The notes under the pieces are model-generated. The model saw only the letters and a list, made by a program, of their open reading frames with translations. It was not told the origin of the DNA and made no database searches. Made by a program: the position numbers and the translations under genes. From an uncultured Marinoscillum sp. (GTDB lineage: Bacteria; Bacteroidota; Bacteroidia; Cytophagales; MED-G16): a DNA stretch of 64,000 nucleotides. The DNA is taken from assembly GCA_902529805.1 (NCBI GenBank), contig CABZXU010000001.1, forward strand, positions 126,084 to 190,083. The letters are read 5' to 3'. Of the stretch, positions 56,542 through 64,000 are shown one piece after another (position 1 is the stretch's first letter; every line of letters starts with the position of its first letter).

Positions 56542-57831
56542 TTAATTAATTTTTTTAACTATTTTTTCAAACTGCATACCTCTAGAGGCCTTGAATAGAA
56601 CCGTGCAATTTTCAAAATTTAATTCTTTTAAAATTTGAAAGAGCTCTTTTTTATTTTTAAAATATTTAGCTGAAGGATAATTTTCAAGAGCATGTATCAT
56701 TTCTTCTCCAATTAAATAAACTTCTTCAAAATTAAAATCATTTAAAATATTACCGATTTTAGCATGCTCATTTCTACTTTTTTTACCTAACTCAAACATA
56801 TCGCCTAAAAAAACTATTCTTTTTCCTTTTATGTTAGAAAAATTAGTAAGAGCCTTAATTACAGAGGTTGGATTAGCATTATATGCATCCAAAATAATGG
56901 TACAATTTTTTTTTTCTATTACCTGAGATCGGTTTTGAGATGGTTCATAACTACATATTGCCTCTGCAGCTAATTTTAAATCAACACCATAATATTTGCC
57001 AATTGAGAGAGCAAATACAATATTTTCAAAATTATAATCACCAATAATTTTAGTTTCAAAAATTTCATTTTCTTTTAAAAAAAATGAAATAAATGGATCT
57101 GCTTTTAAATATTTACAATTTAAGAATGACGCCTCACCAAATAATAAATATGGCTTTTCGAATCTTTTAGAAAAATTAGAAATTACATTATCATTGTTAT
57201 TAATAAATGCAATACCATCATTTTTAATTAAATAATCAAAAAGCTCAGACTTTCCCCTTATAACAGACTCAAAACTGCCAAAGCCTTCTAAATGAACTGG
57301 AGCAATATTTGTAATTAAGCCTAAATTTGGTTGAGAAATTTCACACAAAAAAGCTATTTCTCCAAGTCTACTTGCACCCATTTCAATTATTGCAATTTCA
57401 TGCGAATCATTTAACTCAAGAATACTTAATGGAACTCCTATGTGATTATTAAAATTTCCTATAGTTGAAAATACATTAAATTTTGTTTTTAGCACTAATG
57501 AGATTAACTCTTTAGTTGTAGTTTTACCATTACTTCCGGTCACGCCTACTACTGGTATTTGAAGTTTACTTCTATGTAGTTTGGCTAGATTTTGTAAACA
57601 TAATAAAGTGTTTTCAACATATATACATCTATCTTTTGTTTTAAATTTTTTATTACTTGTTACAGCAAAACTAGCACCATTTGATAAGGATTCATCTATA
57701 AAATTATTTCCATCGAAATTATCACCTAATATCCCAAAAAATAAGTTTCCTTTTTTTACACTTCTAGAATCAATGGAAACACCACTAGATCCATTATATT
57801 TTTCATAAATATCATTTAAAATTAAATTCAT
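56542..57831 (-). CDS. murF: UDP-N-acetylmuramoyl-tripeptide--D-alanyl-D-alanine ligase
   Basis: 429 aa with the Mur ligase P-loop GVTGSNGKTTTKE and MurF-type collinearity. Confidence 0.9.
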   Translation of the reverse strand: MNLILNDIYEKYNGSSGVSIDSRSVKKGNLFFGILGDNFDGNNFIDESLSNGASFAVTSNKKFKTKDRCIYVENTLLCLQNLAKLHRSKLQIPVVGVTGSNGKTTTKELISLVLKTKFNVFSTIGNFNNHIGVPLSILELNDSHEIAIIEMGASRLGEIAFLCEISQPNLGLITNIAPVHLEGFGSFESVIRGKSELFDYLIKNDGIAFINNNDNVISNFSKRFEKPYLLFGEASFLNCKYLKADPFISFFLKENEIFETKIIGDYNFENIVFALSIGKYYGVDLKLAAEAICSYEPSQNRSQVIEKKNCTIILDAYNANPTSVIKALTNFSNIKGKRIVFLGDMFELGKKSRNEHAKIGNILNDFNFEEVYLIGEEMIHALENYPSAKYFKNKKELFQILKELNFENCTVLFKASRGMQFEKIVKKIN

Positions 57832-57834
57832 TTA

Positions 57835-58386
57835 TTACTTTTTTGCAGGAAAAATTTTATAATCAACATCTATTAAACCTTTACTAATTCTCAATAATTT
57901 GTTTTTTATTAATTTTTTTTTGAATGAAGTTAAATAATCCGTAAATAATATACCTTCAATATGATCATATTCATGTTGAATAATTCTAGCTTTCATGCCA
58001 TCAAAAACTTCTTTATGGTGATTCCAACTTTCATCAAAATATTCAATTTCAAGTTTTGGTTTTCTCTTAATTATCTCTTTTATTAATGGAATACTTAGAC
58101 AGCCTTCTTCAAATTCCCAAAGCTTACCATCTTCATTCAAAATTTTAGGATTCACAAAAACTTTTTTAAAATCTGACATATTTGGATCATTTAAAGTTGT
58201 CCCATCTACTACAAAAACTCTAAAGGGTTTTCCAATCTGTGGTGCAGCTAACCCAATTCCATCAGCTAATTTCATAGTTTCAAACATGTCTTCAGAAAGT
58301 TTATTAATATCAAGCTCATCTTTTTTAACAAGCAAAGCTTTCTTTTTTAATATCGGATTACCATACATATATATTGGGTATATCAT
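57835..58386 (-). CDS. def: Peptide deformylase
   Basis: 183 aa with motifs GIGLAAPQIG, EGCLSIP and QHEYDHIEG. Confidence 0.95.
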   Translation of the reverse strand: MIYPIYMYGNPILKKKALLVKKDELDINKLSEDMFETMKLADGIGLAAPQIGKPFRVFVVDGTTLNDPNMSDFKKVFVNPKILNEDGKLWEFEEGCLSIPLIKEIIKRKPKLEIEYFDESWNHHKEVFDGMKARIIQHEYDHIEGILFTDYLTSFKKKLIKNKLLRISKGLIDVDYKIFPAKK

Positions 58387-58799
58387 ATTTTATTATTTGC
58401 TAAATAAGATTGTAAAATTAAAGAAGCACTAATTCTATCAACATTACTTTTTTCTTTCCTGTATTTTTTATTTTTTCCAGCATCCAATATCGCTTTAAAA
58501 GCAATTTTGGAAGTATATCTTTCATCAATAAGTTTTACAGGTATTAAAGGAAATTTTTTCTTTAATAATTGGATAAATTTTTTTACTATTCTAGTTGCAT
58601 CGGTTGATTTACTTTTTAAGTTAAGAGGAAATCCAACTATAAATAAATCAATTTTATTATTTTGAATATAATTTTTAACAAAACCTAATACTTTATTTGA
58701 TTCACATGTTTTATATGGAGAAGCAATGATTTTTAAAGGATCAGTTATAGCTATACCTGTTCTTTTAGAACCATAATCAAAAGACATTATTCTTCCCAT
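58383..58799 (-). CDS. ruvX: YqgF/RuvX putative pre-16S rRNA nuclease (Holliday junction resolvase-like)
   Basis: 138 aa with N-terminal MSFDYGSKRTGIAITD and the motif DERYTS. Confidence 0.85.
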   Translation of the reverse strand: MGRIMSFDYGSKRTGIAITDPLKIIASPYKTCESNKVLGFVKNYIQNNKIDLFIVGFPLNLKSKSTDATRIVKKFIQLLKKKFPLIPVKLIDERYTSKIAFKAILDAGKNKKYRKEKSNVDRISASLILQSYLANNKI

Positions 58800-59560
58800 C
58801 AGTTATGAAAAGCGATATTTTCAAGGATTTTAGAGGCTTTTTTTTCTAATTCAAAAGCTTTAGGAAAGAGGATATCATTTTCTATATAGGAATGAACTGT
58901 TAATTCTTCATCAAATTCTTTTAATTCTTGAAAGATTACTTTTAAATGTAAATCTTTAATGTTTTTATAAGAATAATTTCTAGTAATTCCTCTTATTCCA
59001 GCCATTTCAGAATCTTCATTTATATGATCATCTAGAATTTTTTTTATTGAATGTTTTTTCATCATAACAAGTAGGGATGAGGGATTTATACGACCTTGGC
59101 TAGCATTAAATAACTCATAAATATAATTAAAGAAATCATTTTCTTCTTCATAAATATGCTCAACAAAATCTTCAAAAAAGATTGGGAAAATAAATTTTAA
59201 ATCTTTGGAAAAATTAGTTTCATATTTATTCTCATTTAAATTATTAATCAGATTTTGAAGGTATGGTAGTTTATTTTTTATAAAGTAATTATGATTGTCT
59301 TTTAAAAACTCAATAACTAAATTAACGGGTGATGATTTGAGATATTCATTTGCAAGTAAATTAGATTCATGTAATGAATTTCTATATCCTAATACTTTAC
59401 CAGAAGATATACCCTTACTATCACATAAATCAATTAAATTTTCGTCATAATGTTTATAAAAATCTATACCAAAGGAATTTAAAACCTTTGCATACTGATA
59501 ATCATCATGAATTAGATCAGAGATTTTTTTTTCATTGAGATACTTGGAGTTCAGCAACAT
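58799..59560 (-). CDS. Hemerythrin-like / RIC (ScdA, YtfE)-like di-iron protein (tentative)
   Basis: 253 aa. The N-terminus resembles the ScdA_N region (KISDLIHDDYQYAKVLNSFGIDFY). HHE-type motifs HIYEEENDFF and HSYIENDILFPKA are present. Confidence 0.5.
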   Translation of the reverse strand: MLLNSKYLNEKKISDLIHDDYQYAKVLNSFGIDFYKHYDENLIDLCDSKGISSGKVLGYRNSLHESNLLANEYLKSSPVNLVIEFLKDNHNYFIKNKLPYLQNLINNLNENKYETNFSKDLKFIFPIFFEDFVEHIYEEENDFFNYIYELFNASQGRINPSSLLVMMKKHSIKKILDDHINEDSEMAGIRGITRNYSYKNIKDLHLKVIFQELKEFDEELTVHSYIENDILFPKAFELEKKASKILENIAFHN

Positions 59561-59648
59561 GAAAATAAATCTATTAATTATATTTTTAAATTGTAAGGTT
59601 ATTTAGAAAAATTCTTAAATAAATTATTATAGAAAAAACAATAAGCTT

Positions 59649-61088
59649 TTAACCATTCATTGAAACCAAAAATTCTTCATTGTTTTTAGTCCCTTTAATT
59701 TTTGATAACAAAAATTCCATAGCCTCTATAGAATTCATATCAGCAAGATATTTACGTAAAACCCATAACCTAGATAACTCATCTTTGCTCATAAGTAAAT
59801 CCTCTCTTCTCGTTCCTGAAGCAGTAACATCAATTGCTGGGTAAAGCCTTCTATTGGACAGCTTTCTATCTAACTGAAGTTCCATGTTGCCGGTACCTTT
59901 AAATTCTTCAAATATAACTTCGTCCATTTTTGATCCAGTTTCAATTAATGCAGTAGTGATAATTGTAAGAGAACCTCCATTTTCTACATTTCTTGCTGCA
60001 CCAAAAAACCTTTTTGGTTTGTGCAATGCATTAGCATCAACACCTCCAGATAAAATCTTTCCAGATGATGGAATAACGGTATTATGAGCTCTAGCTAATC
60101 TAGTTAAAGAATCTAAAAGAATCACAACATCATGACCACATTCAACCATTCTCTTAGCTTTCTCTAAAACAATATTAGCAACTTTTACATGCCTTTCTGC
60201 TTGTTCATCAAACGTGGATGAAATAACCTCTGCTTTAACACTTCTAGCCATATCAGTGACTTCTTCTGGCCTTTCATCAATAAGTAAAATCATTAAATAA
60301 ACTTCAGGATGACTATCCGCTATAGCGTTAGCAATTTCTTTTAGAAGCACGGTTTTACCTGTTTTAGGCTGGGAAACAATCATACCTCTTTGACCTTTTC
60401 CTATTGGAGAAAAAAGATCCATAATTCTTGTTGAATAATTGTCAGACTTAGTACTTAAATTAAGTTTTTGATCCGGAAAAAGAGGAGTAAGATACCTAAA
60501 AGGAACTCTATCCCTTACTTCTTGAGGTTTTCTACCATTAATTTCAGAAACTTCAATTAAAGCAAAATATTTTTCATTTTCTTTAGGTGGTCTTATTTTA
60601 CCCTTAACAGTATCTCCTGTTTTTAAGCCGAATAGTTTAACTTGGGAAGGGGAAACATAAATATCGTCTGGACTGGCTAAATAATTATAATCACTGCTTC
60701 TTAGGAAACCATAACCATCTTGCATCATTTCTAGAACTCCTTCACTTTCTATTACACCTTCAAATTCTTTGAGCTCCGATTCAAACTTAGCTTTCTTCTT
60801 AAGATACTCTTCTCTAGGAAGTTTTTTTCTAACATTAGTTTTATCGTTGTCTATTTCTTTTTTGCTATTAACTTTTTTGACAGATGAATTTGTATTTTTC
60901 ACAGGGGTCTTAGAATTTTTATCATCACTTTTTTTATCATTTTTTGGTTTGGAAACTGCTTGCTCATCTATAATTTTATAAATTAAATCTTTTTTTGAAA
61001 GTTTTGTAATACCACTGATTTTTAGATCTTCAGCTATAGTCTTTAGCTCTGATAAAAGCTTATCATTTAATTGCTCAATTGTATACAT
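59649..61088 (-). CDS. rho: Transcription termination factor Rho (with a ~60-aa K/N/S-rich N-terminal insertion)
   Basis: 479 aa with an N-terminal Rho_N helix bundle, RNA-binding region GYGFLRS, Walker [13 protein letters not shown], and a low-complexity insert at about aa 44-108. Confidence 0.95.
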   Translation of the reverse strand: MYTIEQLNDKLLSELKTIAEDLKISGITKLSKKDLIYKIIDEQAVSKPKNDKKSDDKNSKTPVKNTNSSVKKVNSKKEIDNDKTNVRKKLPREEYLKKKAKFESELKEFEGVIESEGVLEMMQDGYGFLRSSDYNYLASPDDIYVSPSQVKLFGLKTGDTVKGKIRPPKENEKYFALIEVSEINGRKPQEVRDRVPFRYLTPLFPDQKLNLSTKSDNYSTRIMDLFSPIGKGQRGMIVSQPKTGKTVLLKEIANAIADSHPEVYLMILLIDERPEEVTDMARSVKAEVISSTFDEQAERHVKVANIVLEKAKRMVECGHDVVILLDSLTRLARAHNTVIPSSGKILSGGVDANALHKPKRFFGAARNVENGGSLTIITTALIETGSKMDEVIFEEFKGTGNMELQLDRKLSNRRLYPAIDVTASGTRREDLLMSKDELSRLWVLRKYLADMNSIEAMEFLLSKIKGTKNNEEFLVSMNG

Positions 61089-61211
61089 GGGTAAAATTAA
61101 TTTAAGTTATTACGATTCTTAATATTTGCTATTAAAGTTTTGATTATATCTTTTCTGGAAATTTCAGAAATCGTTTGAAGTGGCAATATTAGTACAATAT
61201 TGTAAATATTT

Positions 61212-61219
61212 CAAATATA
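61212..61219 (-). promoter_or_regulatory. Candidate -7 promoter box for rho
   Basis: The minus strand reads TATATTTG (plus-strand caaatata). It is ~124 nt upstream of the rho ATG. No good -33 element is seen. Confidence 0.3.
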
Positions 61220-61275
61220 TCTTCTTTTTTTTATTTATTTGTACTAGAAACAAAATATAGACAAAATTCTAAATT

Positions 61276-62544
61276 ATGTTAGAAATTAAAAAAATCAGAA
61301 AAAATAAAGTTGAAATCATTCTTAGTTTATCAAAAAGAAATGTTAAGAATATTAAATCCATCATTTATAATCTAATTGAAAGTGATGATAAAAGAAAAAA
61401 AATTAAAAGCAGATATGATAATTTAAACAGTCAGTATAATCTTTCTTCGAAAGAAATAGGTATAAATATTAAGCATGGAAATACCGCAAAAATTGAAGCT
61501 CTGAAATTAAATAATTCTAAAATTAAAGAGGAAATAAAAAAAATTAATAAAGATTTAAAATCGATTGAAAAAAAAATTTTTGATATTTTAATTACTATAC
61601 CAAATATTCCAAATGAAAATGTTCCTGAAGGAAATAAAGAAGAAAACAACGAAATAGTTTTTCAATCAAAATCATCTAAAACAGAAATTCCATTATTACC
61701 ACATTGGGATTTAGTTAAAAAATATAAAATTATTGATTTTGAACTTGGAAATAAAATAACTGGGGCAGGTTTCCCAGTATATATCAATAAAGGAGCAAAA
61801 CTTCAAAGAGCTTTAATTAATTTCTTTTTGGATGAAGCTGTTAAAAAAGGCTATTTAGAAATACAGCCTCCTATTCTAATTAATGAAAACTCAGGCTTTG
61901 GAACCGGACAAATTCCAGACAAAGAAGGACAAATGTATAAGGTTGAAAATGAAAATCTTTTTTTGATACCAACTGCAGAAGTTCCTATTACAAATATCTA
62001 TCAAAATACAATCTTAGATATAAAAGATACACCAATAAAGAATGTAGCATATTCACCATGTTTTAGAAAAGAAGCAGGATCATGGGGATCGCATGTTAGA
62101 GGGTTAAATAGATTACATCAATTTGATAAAGTTGAAATAGTTCAAATAGTTAGTCCTGAAAAATCTTATACTGTACTTAATGATATGTGTAATTACGTGG
62201 AGAGTCTACTTGAAAATTTAAAATTGCCTTATAGAAAAATTAAATTATGCTCAGGAGATTTAGGATTTACCTCGGCAATGACATACGATTTTGAAGTTTT
62301 CTCACCAGGACAAAAAAAATGGCTTGAATGTAGTTCCGTTTCTAATTTTGAAACTTATCAATCCAATAGGGCTAATATAAAAATAAAATTAGAAAATAAA
62401 AGTAAAGTTTTAGCACACACACTAAACGGGTCTGCTCTAGCTTTACCAAGAATATTAGCATCAATTATTGAAAACAATCAATCAAAGAATAAAATAAAAG
62501 TACCAAAAGTTTTAATCCCTTATACAGGTTTTGATGAAATATAA
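61276..62544 (+). CDS. serS: Seryl-tRNA synthetase
   Basis: 422 aa with an N-terminal coiled-coil arm, class II motif 2 CFRKEAGSWG and motif 3 GSALALPRILASIIE. Confidence 0.95.
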   Translation: MLEIKKIRKNKVEIILSLSKRNVKNIKSIIYNLIESDDKRKKIKSRYDNLNSQYNLSSKEIGINIKHGNTAKIEALKLNNSKIKEEIKKINKDLKSIEKKIFDILITIPNIPNENVPEGNKEENNEIVFQSKSSKTEIPLLPHWDLVKKYKIIDFELGNKITGAGFPVYINKGAKLQRALINFFLDEAVKKGYLEIQPPILINENSGFGTGQIPDKEGQMYKVENENLFLIPTAEVPITNIYQNTILDIKDTPIKNVAYSPCFRKEAGSWGSHVRGLNRLHQFDKVEIVQIVSPEKSYTVLNDMCNYVESLLENLKLPYRKIKLCSGDLGFTSAMTYDFEVFSPGQKKWLECSSVSNFETYQSNRANIKIKLENKSKVLAHTLNGSALALPRILASIIENNQSKNKIKVPKVLIPYTGFDEI

Positions 62545-62998
62545 TTTAGTAAAAGTTAGAGAAGGGAAAGTTGAAGACCTGCCAAATGTTTTTAATTTAA
62601 TTAAAGAGCTTGCAAAATATGAGAATGCTCTAAATAAAATAAAAACAAATGTCAAGACCCTTGAAAAAGACGGGTATGGAGAAAACCCTCAGTTTAAAAT
62701 TTTCGTTGCAGAATATGATTTTAAAATAATTGGAATGGGCTTAGTCTACTTCAGATATTCAACTTGGAAAGGCAAAAGACTATATTTAGAAGATCTTATT
62801 GTAAATAAAAAATTTAGAAGGCAAGAAATAGGAAAAAAATTGCTGAAAAGAATAATTAATTATGGAAAAAAATGTTCATGTAGCGGCTTAATGCTCCAAG
62901 TCCTAGATTGGAATGAAATTGGAATAAATTTTTATAAAAAATACAATTTTCAATTCGACAATCAGTGGTTAAACTGCTACTTAGATTTTAATAAATAA
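62531..62998 (+). CDS. GNAT acetyltransferase, spermidine/spermine (diamine) N-acetyltransferase-like
   Basis: 155 aa with an SSAT-like pattern LIKELAKYE...YSTWKGKRLYLEDLIV...VLDWNEIGINFYKKY. It overlaps the serS 3' end by 14 nt. Confidence 0.65.
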   Translation: MMKYNLVKVREGKVEDLPNVFNLIKELAKYENALNKIKTNVKTLEKDGYGENPQFKIFVAEYDFKIIGMGLVYFRYSTWKGKRLYLEDLIVNKKFRRQEIGKKLLKRIINYGKKCSCSGLMLQVLDWNEIGINFYKKYNFQFDNQWLNCYLDFNK

Positions 62999-63008
62999 AT
63001 ATATTGAT

Positions 63009-64000
63009 TTGAAAAATTCATCTAGTAAAAAACTAAATATTTGTGTAATTGGAGCAGGTTTTGCTGGAATTTCTGCTGCAACAAACTTAGCCAATTATGG
63101 TCATAATGTATTTGTTGTTGAAAAAAATTCTGATTTTGGTGGAAGAGCTAGAAAACTAAAAGCTAAAGGATTCACATTTGATATGGGACCATCCTGGTAT
63201 TGGATGCCTGATGTTTTTGAAAGACACTTTGAAATTAACGGTGAAAAAATAGAAGATTATTTAAAACTCAAAAGATTAAATCCATCATATAAAATATTTT
63301 TTTCAGATAAACATATAGTTTCATTACCAGTTGATTTTAATAATATAAAAAAAATTTTTGAAAAATATGAGAAAGGAAGTGGAGAAAATCTTACAAGATT
63401 TTTAAAAGACGCGGAAAAAAAATATAAAATTGGAATGAACAAATTTGTACGAAAACCAAGTAAGTCTGTTTTTGAATTTTTTAATTCAGAGATAATCACT
63501 GGTTTATTTAAAATGGATCTTTTCAAATCAATGCATACACATATTAGAAAATTTTTCAATAATAAATTTTTAATAAAAATTATTGAATTCCCACTTCTGT
63601 TTTTAGGGGCAACACCAAAAAATACCCCAGCTCTTTATAGTTTAATGAATTATGCTGATATTAAATTGGGAACATGGTATCCCGATGGAGGTATGCATAA
63701 AATTATTGAAGCAATGATTTCTTTAGCTAAAAAAAAAGGAGTTGTTTTCTATTCAAAAAATGAAGTAAAATCCTTCCAGATTAATAACAAAAAGATTGTA
63801 AAGGTTGAAACTAACAAAAAATTGTTTGATGTAGATATTGTATTATCAGGAGCGGACTATCATCACACAGAACAAAAGTTATTACCTCCTAAATACAGAA
63901 ACTATTCCTCCAAATATTGGGATAAAAAGACAATGTCACCATCATCACTATTGTTTTATTTAGGAACCAATAAAAAACTTAAAAACATTGAACATCATTG
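63009..64000 (+). CDS. crtI: Phytoene desaturase-family (CrtI-like) FAD oxidoreductase, 5' partial (runs off the window)
   Basis: Absent from the ORF track because there is no stop in the window. The frame is open from 62985, and the only plausible start is TTG at 63009. The translation is LKNSSSKKLNICVIGAGFAGISAATNLANYGHNVFVVEKNSDFGGRARK...GPSWYWMPDVFE...YPDGGM, a typical CrtI N-terminus. Confidence 0.8.
   Translation, partial: MKNSSSKKLNICVIGAGFAGISAATNLANYGHNVFVVEKNSDFGGRARKLKAKGFTFDMGPSWYWMPDVFERHFEINGEKIEDYLKLKRLNPSYKIFFSDKHIVSLPVDFNNIKKIFEKYEKGSGENLTRFLKDAEKKYKIGMNKFVRKPSKSVFEFFNSEIITGLFKMDLFKSMHTHIRKFFNNKFLIKIIEFPLLFLGATPKNTPALYSLMNYADIKLGTWYPDGGMHKIIEAMISLAKKKGVVFYSKNEVKSFQINNKKIVKVETNKKLFDVDIVLSGADYHHTEQKLLPPKYRNYSSKYWDKKTMSPSSLLFYLGTNKKLKNIEHH

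Noticed and set aside
1165-61649. About 30 short ORFs (62-125 aa) in the track lie antisense to, or out of frame within, long well-supported genes. Examples: 1165..1392, 6524..6739, 7364..7621, 9282..9518, 24033..24269, 32017..32391, 35263..35499, 40789..41166, 43262..43585, 44423..44638, 46635..46904, 53552..53797, 55972..56214, 59884..60087 and 61431..61649.
   Set aside because: They are shadow ORFs, as expected in AT-rich DNA read antisense to Lys/Asn/Ile-rich genes. Their translations are low-complexity (F/L/S/I-rich), they match no motif, and every one is fully nested in a gene with strong family signatures.
63257-63559. A 100-aa minus-strand ORF in an apparently unannotated region at the right edge.
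   Set aside because: The plus strand here encodes a clear CrtI-like phytoene desaturase (VIGAGFAGISAA...). It is missing from the track only because it has no stop inside the window. The minus-strand ORF is its shadow.

Overview
The window looks like a very AT-rich, tightly packed chromosome of a Bacteroidota / Flavobacteriia-type organism. Evidence for this: a SusC/SusD pair, TAnnTTTG promoter boxes, split metH, 16S signatures and a carotenoid gene. All calls rest on reading the sequence and on remembered family motifs; no searches were run.

Gene content, left to right:
- Partial 16S rRNA on the minus strand, then DUF2480, tsaB, rnpA, and rpmH (missing from the ORF track).
- A glycerol / glycerophosphodiester catabolic cluster (glpQ, glpF, glpD, glpK).
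- A SusC/SusD locus with no glycoside hydrolase. It is followed by three ~1100-aa FG-GAP/VCBS + ASPIC/UnbV lipoproteins, a small lipoprotein and a PAP2/haloperoxidase-like lipoprotein.
- A GH20 hexosaminidase.
- A metK-queF-DUF6580-split metH operon behind a structured leader.
- glmS, an SMR pump and a GNA1-like acetyltransferase.
- A signalling island. A periplasmic beta-propeller sensor fused to PP2C converges on an rsbW-like / rsbV-like / GAF-PAS adenylate cyclase operon. Next to it lies a split, convergent HD + DUF5706 (Pycsar-effector-like) pair.
- tRNA-Val and SnoaL/ABM lipoproteins.
- An unannotatable seven-gene array of signal-peptide proteins, each built from two ferredoxin-like halves.
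- murF-def-ruvX, rho, serS, an SSAT-like GNAT and the 5' part of crtI.

No CRISPR array, transposase, integrase or phage gene was seen. The best novelty candidates are the seven-gene secreted array, the partner switch wired to a cyclase with the adjacent HD/DUF5706 pair, the CAZyme-less SusCD locus, and the metK leader.
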